From NCBI GenBank assembly GCA_963793865.1, contig CAWCBP010000014.1, positions 32,001-96,000 on the forward strand: a DNA stretch of 64,000 nucleotides, read 5' to 3'. The notes under the pieces were generated by a model. The model was not told the origin of the DNA, made no database searches, and saw nothing but the letters and a program-made list of their open reading frames with translations. Position 1 is the first letter of the stretch, and every line of letters begins with the position of its first letter. Source of the DNA: an uncultured delta proteobacterium (GTDB lineage: Bacteria > Desulfobacterota > WTBG01). Below are positions 31,662 through 42,209 of this stretch, piece after piece. Position numbers and translations under genes: made by a program.

Positions 31662-32919
31662 CTAAGCCACGTTTCTGATCAGCACCGCCCCGTTTTCTCC
31701 GCTCAGTCCCAGCGTGAGGGAAAGTGCCGCGTGTATCTCCCTTGTGCGTGACCGGTTCGGCGTGTAGTCGAGATCGCAGTGCGGATCCGGCTGCTCATAA
31801 TTGAGCGTGGGCGGGACCATGCCGTGTTTCATGGCCAGCGTGCTTACGATGATCCCGGCCGGACCCGAGGCGCAGAGCATGTGGCCGGTGGCGGCCTTGG
31901 TGGAGCTGACTGCAATGCGGTAGGCGTGATCGCCGAAAACGCGCTTGATGGCCTCTGTTTCAATCCGGTCCGAGAGGACGGTGGCATTGCCCTCTGCATT
32001 AATATAATCTATATCGCTGCGATCAATGCCGGCCTGCCGGATTGTCTCCTCTATACATGTGGAAACACCCTCAACGCGCGCATCAAATGAGCTTTCTTCG
32101 CAGGAAAAGTTTCCTCCCTGCAGAGCGCAGGTGTAGCCGCCGACCTCCGCGTAGATGGCGGCGTTTCTCTTAAGGGCATGCCCGAGCTCTTCTAAAATGA
32201 GAACCGCGGCACCTTCTCCCATCAAAAACCCGCTTCTCCGCTTGTCAAAAGGGGCGGCAGGATGACGCCGGGTCTTCCTCCCCTGCCGAAAACAGGCCCG
32301 CGTCGGCGAGCGAAAGGAGATAGGAGGGATTAAGGCTGCTGCATCCTCCGGCAATGAATATATCAGCATCGCCGTATTGAATGGACTTGAATGCCTCGCC
32401 AACCGCCTGGGTTCCCGACGCGGTGAGCGAGCAGAATGCGATATTAGGGCCCTGCAGGGAGTGCGTAATGGCACTGTGGCACAGGCTCATGTTGGGCAGT
32501 ATGGTAAGCGGCCAGATCGGATTCAGCGTTGTTGTCTCACCCGGTTCCCGGAGAAAGCTGAAGGCCTCATCAAGGGTATACTGAATGCCGAAGGCCCCGA
32601 ATGCAATGCCGAACGCAGCGGGCCCGGTTGTCTCCCGGTTGAATCCCGCGTCGGCAAGAGCTTCATCCGTCGCGGCAACGGCCAGCTGTGCATCCCTGTT
32701 CATCAGCTTGATATTTTTTTTCTTGCCCGGCAGGCTGGAGGGATTAAAACTCTTGACTTCGCCGGCTATTGTGACCTTTAACGACGGGGACCCGGAGGAA
32801 GAGATAAAGCCGATGCCTGAAGTGCCTGCAATGAGAGCGTCCCAACTGTCGCGTACGGTATGTCCCAGGGGAGAAACAAGCCCCAGACCGGTTATCACGA
32901 CGCGCCGCTTATGCGTCAT
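31662..32919 (-). CDS. Ketosynthase homologue lacking the catalytic Cys (CLF-like); apparent frameshift ~32250
   Basis: CSLTASG in place of STACAS; YINAEG; ORFs 32245-32919 and 31662-32474 join at CRPFD. Confidence 0.85.
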
Positions 32920-34198
32920 AATACCGTTCTACCACCAGGCTGGCGTTCTGACCGCCGAATGCGAACGAGTTTGAGAGCACGGAATTGACTTCATGCTTCC
33001 GGGGCTCATTGGGGACGTAGTCGAGGTCGCAAGCGGGATCGGGAATCTCGTAATTGATGGTCGCCGGGATGATCTTGTTCTGAATGGTCATGACGCTCAT
33101 GATCAGCTCAATGGTGCCCGCGCTGGCAATCAGGTGCCCCAGCATGGACTTGTTGGAACTGATGGGCGTATCGTATGCCGTCTCGCCGAAGACCTTTTTT
33201 ATAGCCTGGGTTTCGCTGCGGTCATTGACCAGAGTCGAGGTGCCGTGCGCGTTTATGTAATCTATCTGATCCGGTGAGATCCCGGCGTCCAGCAGGGCCG
33301 TCCTCATTGATTGATCAGCCCCTCTGCCGTCCGGGGGAGAGTCGGTCAGCCGGTAGGCGTTGGAGGATGAACCAAAGCCGGTGATTTCCGCCAGGATGCG
33401 CGCGCCCCGTGCCCGGGCATGGGATAACTCCTCGAGTACCAGAATGCCTGAACCTTCGCCAAGCACAAAACCGTCACGCGTAAGATCAAATGGCCTGCTT
33501 GCCCTTTGGGGATCGTTGTTGTTGTGGGAAAGGGCGCCGAGCAGACCGAACCCCGCAACCGAGAACTCGCTGATGATGGAATCACATCCGCCGGTAATCA
33601 TTATGTCCGCGTCCGCGTGTTCAATCATGCGCATGGCCTTTCCTATTGCCTGCGCGCTTGAGGCGCACGCCGTGGAAGAAGTGCTCACCGGGCCCCGGGC
33701 ATTGAAGAGAATGGAGAGTATGTTGGAGGTGGTGTGCGCGCATCTCCTGATCGCCCATAATTGGGCCAGGCGGTTTGAATCCCTGAAATAGGAGAGATCC
33801 TTGTTCTGCAGGGAGTATAAAATATTTTCCTCTCTGAAGGCGTTGCTGAATTCGGAAAGTTTGGTGGTTTCTTCATTTCCACCCAGGGAAATGCCGAACA
33901 TGGTATCATCGATGGCGTCGAGGTTAAGGCCGGCATGCTTGATGGCCTCCTGAGCGGCGGCGACACAGAACTTGGTTGCCCTTCCGGCAAACGGCTTCAG
34001 TTCTTCGGGCAGCATCAGCTTTGATTCATCAAAACTCTTTACCTCAGCCGCGATCTTCACCGGAAAGGAGGATGCATCGAAGAGGGAAATGTAATCGATG
34101 CCGGACAGGGATTTCATCAGACTTTCCCAGGTCTGGTCCAAAGTTCCTCCGAGCGGCGTCACCGCACCCATGCCTGTTATCACAACTCTTCGTTCCAT
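32909..34198 (-). CDS. Beta-ketoacyl-ACP synthase (FabF-like, catalytic triad intact)
   Basis: STACASS, YINAHGTST, KSMLGH, SNSFAFGGQN. Confidence 0.93.
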   Translation of the reverse strand: MERRVVITGMGAVTPLGGTLDQTWESLMKSLSGIDYISLFDASSFPVKIAAEVKSFDESKLMLPEELKPFAGRATKFCVAAAQEAIKHAGLNLDAIDDTMFGISLGGNEETTKLSEFSNAFREENILYSLQNKDLSYFRDSNRLAQLWAIRRCAHTTSNILSILFNARGPVSTSSTACASSAQAIGKAMRMIEHADADIMITGGCDSIISEFSVAGFGLLGALSHNNNDPQRASRPFDLTRDGFVLGEGSGILVLEELSHARARGARILAEITGFGSSSNAYRLTDSPPDGRGADQSMRTALLDAGISPDQIDYINAHGTSTLVNDRSETQAIKKVFGETAYDTPISSNKSMLGHLIASAGTIELIMSVMTIQNKIIPATINYEIPDPACDLDYVPNEPRKHEVNSVLSNSFAFGGQNASLVVERYYDA

Positions 34199-34252
34199 AT
34201 GTGTATCCTCTTATTTTTATAAGCAACTTTTTAGATGGTTGCCCAGCTAAAA

Positions 34253-34268
34253 AGCAAAGTGAATGCCA
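34253..34268 (-). promoter_or_regulatory. Sigma54 (-24/-12) promoter of the KS operon
   Basis: Minus strand TGGCATTCACTTTGCT = GG-N10-GC, 54 nt upstream of the ATG. Confidence 0.7.
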
Positions 34269-34522
34269 TAATTATTTTTTATGCCAACGATAGTCACGAT
34301 TTTATAAATTACTCGATTAATCATTTACTTATCAGCATAAAAATTTTTTCTAAAATAAGTCTTTGCAACATCCGTTAAAATGACCTAGTATGAAGTGGTC
34401 AGATTCAGCCAATCCGTTTTATCTGAGAGGTTGTATAGAGCCAGCATATATATGCGCCGGCCGCCCTGTGGCGCCGCAGGTGTGATGGCCGTACCGGAAC
34501 CGGAATTGCTTGTCATTCATGC

Positions 34523-35473
34523 ATGGTTCAATCAGGAAGATTCCGTAAAACGATGAATCGCACATTTCTCGCGTTTGTCTTACTGTTGCTTATCGCAACC
34601 CCGGATCCCGCTCTTTCAGCCGGCGAAATCATTATTATTAAAAGCAGCGATATTATTCCCTACCAAAAGGCAGTCGAGGGGTTTAAGAAACATTTTGCCA
34701 GCGGCAGCTACCGTGAGCATGTGATCGATGAAGATGTGAAAGAGAAGGGCAAGCTGGTTCTGGCGGGGGCGGTGGAGCGGGGAGGAGATCTCATCGTTGC
34801 CGTCGGGCCTGAAGCGGCCTACCTGACCGGCACCGCCTCAATTTCCATTCCGGTGATTTTCACCATGGTATCCAACCCGGAAAAACTTTTTCCGGAAGGG
34901 GATGCGGCCCACCGAGGTGTAAGTCTCAACCTGCCCGTTGCGCTTCAACTGGAACAGATAAAGTCCGCCTTTGTGGGCAGAAAAAAGATAGGCGTGTTCT
35001 ACACCCCGGAGCACAATCAGAAAAACCTTGATGCCATCATGTCGCAGGGCGCGGCCCTGGGGCTTACCGTGGCGGGCATGCCCATCAGCTCGCAAAAGCA
35101 GATCCCCGAATTTCTTGAATCCCCCCTGACCGGTATCGATGTGCTGCTGCTTATTCCCGACAGGACCATCGGCTCGGAGAAAATCCTCAAGTACATTATC
35201 AAGAGCATGCTCCTGAAGAAAATCCCCGTGGTGGGATTCAACGAGTGGTTCGCGGAGAACGGGGCAATCCTTTCCTTTTCCCTGGATTACGAGGAAATCG
35301 GCAGGCAGACGGCTGAATATGCCCGCAGGCTGCTGGATGAGAAAAGCCCGCCGGGCAGTTCCGTGCAGGAGCCCTCACGGGTAAGAACCATCATCAACCT
35401 CAAAGTTGCTCAAAAGCTTTCCGTGACCATTTCGGCGGAGATGATCAAGCAGGCCAGCGAGGTTATTCAGTGA
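34523..35473 (+). CDS. ABC-type substrate-binding-like periplasmic protein
   Basis: Signal peptide; PVIFTMVSNP, IGRQTAE, INLKVAQKL. Confidence 0.8.
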   Translation: MVQSGRFRKTMNRTFLAFVLLLLIATPDPALSAGEIIIIKSSDIIPYQKAVEGFKKHFASGSYREHVIDEDVKEKGKLVLAGAVERGGDLIVAVGPEAAYLTGTASISIPVIFTMVSNPEKLFPEGDAAHRGVSLNLPVALQLEQIKSAFVGRKKIGVFYTPEHNQKNLDAIMSQGAALGLTVAGMPISSQKQIPEFLESPLTGIDVLLLIPDRTIGSEKILKYIIKSMLLKKIPVVGFNEWFAENGAILSFSLDYEEIGRQTAEYARRLLDEKSPPGSSVQEPSRVRTIINLKVAQKLSVTISAEMIKQASEVIQ

Positions 35474-36903
35474 TCAGAGACAGCCTTAACACCAGGATTT
35501 TAATACTTACCATCTCGCTCTTCGTGGTCTGCTCGCTGGTGTACGGCATTTTCTTTTCCTTTCAGTCCAAGAAGGCGCTCATGGAGGAGTTTGTCACCCG
35601 CGGCAATGCCCTGGTGAAAAACCTGGCATTGAATGCCGAGGTGGAGATCCTGATCGAAAACAGCGGGACCCTGGCTACGCTTGCGGAAAATCTTCTCCAG
35701 GAGCGGGATGTGCAGCGCGTAAAAATCATGAATGAAAACAAACAGGTTCTGGTTGACCTCGCCAAGCCGGGTGCCCTGCCGGAAAAGTACCGCGAACCCA
35801 TGTTTCTGGTGGTGGGCAGGGGAAACGACAAGAACATCTCGGACCGTTTTGCATTCTCTTTTGCGGAAGGAGGCAACGCGGTTTCGATCGGGGGCAGTGA
35901 GCAGGTTATCGGCTACATCGAAGTGGTGTTTTCAAAAAAAACCATCTTCGATACCATCGATACCATGAGAAGAGACATGTTTATAGCCGCTGTTGTGGCA
36001 ACCGTCATCGGCTGCATACTGGCCCTTTACTTTTCACTTTCCATCGTAAAGCCGATACGGCGGCTTGCCACTGCCACCACCCGCATTGCCAGGGGAGAAT
36101 GGGAGACAACCCTTCCCATTGACAGCCGCGACGAGGTGGGGGAACTGACCGACGCGTTCAATAAAATGTCGGTGGCGCTGATGCAGAAGCGGGACGAGCT
36201 GGAGCAAACCTACCGGGAGCTGGCCAGGCGGGAGCGGATGGCTGAAATAGGCAATTTCTCCATGATGATAGCCCACGAGCTTAAGAACCCCCTGGGCATT
36301 ATCAAGGGATCCGTCGACATTATTGCCAGGGAGGGGGTCAAGTCGAAGGTCAGAAAAACCATGATTGAATACATACAGGATGAGGTCAGGCGGCTGAACC
36401 GGCTGGTCGAGGATTTTCTCTCCTTTGCCCGCCCGAAACCCGCCCACAAGAGCCCGGTCAACATCAACCAGGTGGTGAACAAAATGGTGGCCATGGTGCC
36501 CCTCCAGGAGTTCAGTGAGAAGGATATTGCCCTCTCGGTGGAGCTGGGGCCGGATGTGCGTGAAGTCAATGTCGACGAGCATCAGATTTATCAGGCGCTG
36601 CTCAATATCTTTTCCAATGCCGTTCAGGCCATACCCGAGCGCGGTGAGATTAGTATCAGGACGGCGAACGAGAAAGACGGGGTGCTTATTTCCGTCACCG
36701 ACAGCGGCGTTGGCATAAGCGATGAGGAGAAGGGAAAGGTGTTTGAGCCCTTCTTTACCAAGAAGCCGCGGGGCACGGGGCTGGGGCTGGCAGTGGTTAA
36801 AAAAATTATTGACAATCACGGCGGCGAAATCCTGATCGCGGACCGCGCGGGCGGGGGCACCGTTTTTTCACTGTGGCTTCCGGGGAACGGAACATCTGAC
36901 TAA
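35470..36903 (+). CDS. HAMP-domain sensor histidine kinase
   Basis: Two TM helices, DEVGEL..AFN, AHELKNPL, FFTKK..GTGLGL. Confidence 0.93.
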   Translation: MIRDSLNTRILILTISLFVVCSLVYGIFFSFQSKKALMEEFVTRGNALVKNLALNAEVEILIENSGTLATLAENLLQERDVQRVKIMNENKQVLVDLAKPGALPEKYREPMFLVVGRGNDKNISDRFAFSFAEGGNAVSIGGSEQVIGYIEVVFSKKTIFDTIDTMRRDMFIAAVVATVIGCILALYFSLSIVKPIRRLATATTRIARGEWETTLPIDSRDEVGELTDAFNKMSVALMQKRDELEQTYRELARRERMAEIGNFSMMIAHELKNPLGIIKGSVDIIAREGVKSKVRKTMIEYIQDEVRRLNRLVEDFLSFARPKPAHKSPVNINQVVNKMVAMVPLQEFSEKDIALSVELGPDVREVNVDEHQIYQALLNIFSNAVQAIPERGEISIRTANEKDGVLISVTDSGVGISDEEKGKVFEPFFTKKPRGTGLGLAVVKKIIDNHGGEILIADRAGGGTVFSLWLPGNGTSD

Positions 36904-36943
36904 TCCGGCGTCGTGTCTCATAAATAACGTATGATAAAAAGTA

Positions 36944-36987
36944 GTCGTTGCGAGGAGTCCCGCAGGGGCGGGCGACGAAGCAATCTC
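36944..36987. repeat. GTCGTTGCGAG...GAAGCAATC palindromic element
   Basis: Near-identical inverted copy at 42707-42750. Confidence 0.75.
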
Positions 36988-37004
36988 TTTCAATAAAATT
37001 TTCC

Positions 37005-37077
37005 ACAGGCTGTATAAAGGCTCAAAAGCCCCTCCCCCTTGAGCCACAAATCAAATGGGTGTTTTTCAATAGCCTGC
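37005..37077. repeat. MITE-like element with CAGGCT terminal inverted repeats
   Basis: acaggctgt...aatagcctgc; shares sequence with 31550 and 42209. Confidence 0.6.
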
Positions 37078-37105
37078 CAGGAAAACAGGCGTCGCGAGGT
37101 GTCGA

Positions 37106-38482
37106 ATGGAACGGATCTTAATTGTCGACGATGAAAAGAAAATGAGGCACATCCTTCAGTTAATGCTGGAGCGGGAAGGTTTCAAAATCGAGCAGGCGGA
37201 AAACGGAAGGGTCGCGCTGGACATGCTCAAAAACGGGAAATTTTCCCTGATGATTACCGACCTGAAAATGCCGGAGCTGGACGGGCTGTCGCTGCTGGAC
37301 GCGGCGAAGAAGATTGATCCCTATTTCCCGGTGGTGGTGATTACCGCTTTCGGCACCATAGAAAACGCGGTCGAGGCGATGCAGAAGGGCGCCATCGATT
37401 ACATTACCAAGCCCTTTGAGGAGGAAAAAATTCTCATCACCGTCAAGCGGAGCCTCACCATCTCAAAGCTGAGCGAAGAGGTGAAAGTGCTGCGGGAAGA
37501 GCTGATGAAGCACTTCGATTTCTCCGGCATCATAGCCCACTCCAAAAAAATGCTGGCGGTTTTAAACCAGGCGTCGCTGGTCTCCAAGACCCCGGACAGC
37601 ACCGTGCTCATACAGGGTGAGAGCGGCACGGGCAAGGAGCTGCTGGCCCGGGCCATACATTACAACAGCAGCCGAAGCCAGCACCGCTTTGTCGCCATCA
37701 ACTGCGCGGCCATACCCTCGGAGCTGATCGAAAGCGAGCTCTTCGGCTATGAAAAAGGTGCTTTCACCGGCGCGCAGAAGCGGAAGGAAGGAAAGTTTGA
37801 ACAGGCACACAACGGAACCATCCTGCTTGACGAGATCGGGGACTTAAGCCTGGAGGCGCAGGCCAAGGTGCTGCGGATCATGGAGCAGAAGGAGTTCGAC
37901 CGGGTGGGAGGCAACGAATCGGTCAAGGTTGATGTCCGGGTCATCGGGGCCACCAACAGGGATCTCGACCGGCTTGCCGCAGAGAATGCCTTCCGCAGGG
38001 ACCTGCTCTTCCGCATCAAGGTGTTTCCCATCTACATTCCCCCGTTGCGGGAGCGACGTGAGGATGTGATTGTCCTGGCCGATCATTTTCTCAAAAACTT
38101 CGCCCAGTCCATGGGAAAGCCACACCCGGAAATCACCGAGGGGGCAAAGGCCTATCTGCTCAAGCAGACATGGCCGGGCAATGTCAGGGAGCTGGAGAAT
38201 ACCATCGAGCGGGCGGTCATCCATTCTCCGGACGGGAGGATTGATATGGCCCATCTGGCGGTTCCTTCGCAGGCGGAGGGGGAAAAGGATGAGGTGGATT
38301 CGAATATCCTGCTGCCCCCCGAGGGGATTGACCTTGAAATGCTGGAAAGAAATGTGGTCAAGCAGGCGCTGGCCGCGGCGGAAAACAACCAGAGCAGGGC
38401 CGCCAAGCTGCTGGGCCTGACCAGGGGTAAATTCCGGGTGCTGTTAAAAAACCTGAAGGAAGAGGACGCCAATGAAGACTAG
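37106..38482 (+). CDS. Sigma54-dependent (NtrC-type) response regulator
   Basis: Receiver domain (DD, TDLKMP), GESGTGKE, GAFTGA, WPGNVRELEN, Fis-type HTH. Confidence 0.95.
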   Translation: MERILIVDDEKKMRHILQLMLEREGFKIEQAENGRVALDMLKNGKFSLMITDLKMPELDGLSLLDAAKKIDPYFPVVVITAFGTIENAVEAMQKGAIDYITKPFEEEKILITVKRSLTISKLSEEVKVLREELMKHFDFSGIIAHSKKMLAVLNQASLVSKTPDSTVLIQGESGTGKELLARAIHYNSSRSQHRFVAINCAAIPSELIESELFGYEKGAFTGAQKRKEGKFEQAHNGTILLDEIGDLSLEAQAKVLRIMEQKEFDRVGGNESVKVDVRVIGATNRDLDRLAAENAFRRDLLFRIKVFPIYIPPLRERREDVIVLADHFLKNFAQSMGKPHPEITEGAKAYLLKQTWPGNVRELENTIERAVIHSPDGRIDMAHLAVPSQAEGEKDEVDSNILLPPEGIDLEMLERNVVKQALAAAENNQSRAAKLLGLTRGKFRVLLKNLKEEDANED

Positions 38483-40557
38483 CCGTCGCATCATGGTAAT
38501 CGCGTTCTGCGCTCTGAGCATCCTCGCGCATCCTCCCCGGCTTCCCGCTCAGGAGGAGGGGAAAAAGCCCGGGAATGAAAGCGTGGAGGAAATTTTCGAG
38601 GACACCAAGGTCATGTTTATCGGTGAAGACCTGTACACGGTTTCCATTGCCTCGCGGCGCGAAGAGCCGCTGAGGCGGGCGCCGGCGGCGGTTACCATCA
38701 TCGGGGGCGAGGAGCTCAAGCGGTACCGTACCCTGGCGGAAGCCCTTTCCAGCGTCCCGGGATTTTTTGCAGATCGCAATGAGACCAAAAAACAGAATGT
38801 ATTTGCGGGGAGTGCCCGATTCATTCCTGGTGCTGATGGACGGCGTGCCCTTTTCCAATGACACCTCCACAAATAGCTATCCGCGTGAAATGGAGCTTTC
38901 GCTCGACTACCTCGAAAAAATTGAAATCATCCGGGGACCCGGCTCGGCCCTGTGGGGAGCCGATGCCTTCTCGGGAATCGTGAATCTGGTGCCCAGGAAA
39001 GGGAAAGACCTGGAGGGAACGACGGTTTCATCGGAGGTGGGTACCTTTAACACCCAGCGCTACAACCTCCTGTCCGGCTATAACCGTCGTGATGTGGACG
39101 TGCTGCTGTCAGCCAACTATACCGCCACCGATGATTTTGAGCACAACCTTCCGGGTCTCAATGACCGGAAGCGGGATTACGCGGCCGAATTTTACGGCAA
39201 GGTGCGCTACAAGGAGCATCTGGAGATTTCGGGAAGGCTGTCCAACTACAGAAATTTCACCCAGTTTGAAATCAATCCCCGACAGGCGTTATTGCCGGTT
39301 GCTTCCGCTTACTCACGCGGGTCGGGGAATTTGACGCCCTCCTGGGAGGAGCTCATCCGGGAGCAGTGGGAGGGATTTTTATCCACGCCGCGCCGCGACT
39401 TCCATGGCGAGGAATACAGCCCTTTCTCCTTTTTGCAGGCCGCCTATACCAAGGAGATAGGATCATCCTCCAGCCTCCTGCTGGCCGGGTACTTCGAGCG
39501 GTTTGAGAATAAGGAGGAATCGTACTGGTACACCTCGAAGAGTGAAAACCGGCAGTATGGTTTTGAGGGGAAGTATGATTTCAATTTCCTGTCCGATCAT
39601 TTCATGACCCTCGGCTGCTCAATGAAATACAATGATGCCGACAGCACGAAATGGCTGCTGAAGATATTTGACGGCCGGAGACTGACCATCATTCCTTCAT
39701 TTGAGAGCTATCTCTATTCATGTTATTTTCAGGATAAGTACCGGATAACCGATAATCTCGAGTTAACAGCGGGCGTGCGCTATGACGAGCCCGATGACTA
39801 TGATAATTCCGTAAGTCCCCGGATCGGCCTGAGCTGGTCTTTCCTGGATAATTTTAATCTCAAGCTGCTCTACGGCAGGGCATATCGAACTCCCGCCCGC
39901 TACCTGGTGGTCAACGAAAGCAACCTGGACACGGAGAAGATCGAAAGCTGGGAGGTGGAACTGGGCTATCGCTACGGAGAGACACTTTCCCTGAAAGGCA
40001 ATTTTTTCTATAATAAATTAAAGGACATTGTGGAAGAAGTTGCCTTTGGCATTGTTCGCAGCCGGGGTCGCGATCATGTCAAGGGAATAGAATTCTCCGC
40101 CCTCTACATACCGGTTTCACCACTCTCTTTGTACGGCAATGTTTCCTACCTCTTCAAGAATCGCGATGATTTTGTGTCCCGGGTCAGCCTCCCCGGTCCC
40201 GATCTCAGCCAGACTGAAGAGTTCAGCGTCAAAAGCGCTCTCAGCGCTCCCCGGGGCACATTCAACTGGGGAGTGAACTATGATTTCAGGGAGCGGGTTG
40301 CGGCAAACCTCAACTTCTCCTATTACATGAAACGGGAGGTCGGGGAGAACCTCTTCTACTCCAGAACCGGCAGCCTCTCGCCGTATCTACAGGTTGACTG
40401 CAACCTGTCGCTCAAGCATCTCTGGCACGACCGGCTGGGGATGTCAGTCAAGATAAGAAATGTTTTTGGCGAAAGTTACAGCTCCCGGGGGACGTACAGC
40501 GTGGTGGACGGGGCAGGCAGAGGCGCATACTTTTCCCTCCAGTATACGTTTAAGTAA
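38472..40557 (+). CDS. TonB-dependent receptor; apparent frameshift ~38790
   Basis: Plug domain SIASRREE..APAAV, IEIIRGPGSALWGA.A..G.VN; C-terminal YTF. Confidence 0.88.
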
Positions 40558-40565
40558 AATACTAG

Positions 40566-40692
40566 CCAAAGATATTTGCAATTTCGGTAGAGCGCCTTCA
40601 GGTGCGATACATTCGCGGCTGAAAGCCGCTCCTACCGGTTATAAGTATTTCTGAGAGAAAAACAACCGGCGGCTGGTAAATTCTCAGATTTA
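40566..40692. repeat. ~130-bp dispersed repeat with REP doublet core (copy 2)
   Basis: Reverse-complement match to 6522-6650. Confidence 0.8.
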
Positions 40693-40785
40693 AGCCTGTA
40701 AGAATCTACAGCCGCATTTCGAAGGAGCAAGTGACTGGAAACCTGCTACAATTATCTTTTTTCTAGCAGGACATCCCCGTGAATG

Positions 40786-40809
40786 CGGCGACCGGCCGGT
40801 CGCCCCTAC
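40786..40809 (-). repeat. GTAG-type REP palindrome
   Basis: ggcgaccggccggtcgcccctac. Confidence 0.75.
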
Positions 40810-40955
40810 AGATCAGATGCGATTTTCGTATTAAAGTACGTGCGTGCGTGGCCGAAAAAGAATGCATATGTTATATTCATGCATTCGCAGTGGTGCGGGT
40901 GTCAGCCTCAAGCTGCCGGGGCGATTACTACTTTTCTCCTGAAAGGAAACTGGTG

Positions 40956-42209
40956 ATGAGAAAGAGGTATGATGTGATTATTTGTTTAGCAGTGCTTATA
41001 GTGAGCATGCTGACTATCAGCGTACAGGCCTCTGATGTTAACGCCCTCCGGTCTGTCAATGGGCGCCTGTGTGCCGCGGGAGAGCTACTGGTTAAATTCA
41101 AGGACACTGTGGCACTGCAGGAGGCGGATGCGGTGCACCGGACGTTAAAGGCGAGAGAATGGAAGCAGGGCTATAATAAAAAATATCAGCTTGTTTCGTT
41201 CGCGCCGGGCAGAGAAAGCGAGATGGCCCAGGCTTATAAAAGGCGGCCCGAGGTTGCCTATGCGGAACCCAATTACTATGCAACGACCTGCGCCATACCC
41301 AACGACGAATATTATCCGTTGCAATGGAATTTTCCTTTGATCAATCTGCCTGATGCCTGGGATATAAGTACCGGAGAGGGTGTGGTGGTTGCGGTAGTTG
41401 ATACCGGCATCAATCCTTTCGGCCGGGATAGTTTTGGCCCCCTGTCCGGTGACAGGCTTATGCTGGGGTTTAATGCCATTGCGGGTACCCGCGGCGGGAT
41501 AGATTTCAACCAGCATGGAACCCATGTGGCAGGCACCATTGGCCAGGAAACGGACAACGGAACCGGCGTAGCGGGCATTGCTTATAATGCCCGGATCCTG
41601 CCGGTCAAGTCCCTCTCTTTTCTGGGAGGCGGATTCTATAGCTGGATTATTAATGGGATACGCTGGGCGACCGACAACGGTGCGGTCGTGATAAACCTAA
41701 GTTTGGGATCCGGATCCTATTCCCGCCTGCTGGAAGAAGCCATTGACTATGCCTACGAAAGAGGCGTAACTGTGGTGGCTGCCGCGGGCAATGACGGCAC
41801 GGACGAAGTACTCTATCCCGCGGCACTGGAGCACTGCATAGCGGTGGGCGCCGTCCGCTATGACAAGCAGCTGGCCTCTTATTCCAATTACGGCACTGCA
41901 CTTGATCTGGTCGCTCCCGGCGGCGACCTGGACGTGGATCAAAACGGTGACGGCTATGATGACGGCATTCTGCAGGAGACCTTCTGGTCTTTAGGCATTG
42001 GCTGGGGGTACTGGTTTTCGACCGGGACGTCCATGGCATGTCCCCACGTGGCCGGCGTGGCAGCCCTGGTCAAAGCAATCCACCCCGAGTACGGGCCCGA
42101 TGACATCAGGCAGGTTCTGCAGGATACAGCCGAAGATCTGGGCGCACCCGGATGGGATGAACGTTACGGGTATGGGCTGATCGATGCGTATGCGGCCGCC
42201 AGCTATTAG
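40956..42209 (+). CDS. S8 subtilisin-like serine peptidase, secreted
   Basis: VDTG, HGTHVAG, GTSMACPHVAG triad. Confidence 0.93.
   Translation: MRKRYDVIICLAVLIVSMLTISVQASDVNALRSVNGRLCAAGELLVKFKDTVALQEADAVHRTLKAREWKQGYNKKYQLVSFAPGRESEMAQAYKRRPEVAYAEPNYYATTCAIPNDEYYPLQWNFPLINLPDAWDISTGEGVVVAVVDTGINPFGRDSFGPLSGDRLMLGFNAIAGTRGGIDFNQHGTHVAGTIGQETDNGTGVAGIAYNARILPVKSLSFLGGGFYSWIINGIRWATDNGAVVINLSLGSGSYSRLLEEAIDYAYERGVTVVAAAGNDGTDEVLYPAALEHCIAVGAVRYDKQLASYSNYGTALDLVAPGGDLDVDQNGDGYDDGILQETFWSLGIGWGYWFSTGTSMACPHVAGVAALVKAIHPEYGPDDIRQVLQDTAEDLGAPGWDERYGYGLIDAYAAASY

Noticed and set aside
32240..32260. Programmed frameshift or phase variation in the KS gene
   Set aside because: Only a 4-nt run with no slippery heptamer or long tract; same pattern as indels throughout the window
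25205..34198. Firm call as a ladderane, aryl-polyene or AcpXL cluster
   Set aside because: The operon lacks in-cluster radical SAM enzymes, aromatic starter ligase, methyl/glycosyltransferases and an LpxXL acyltransferase
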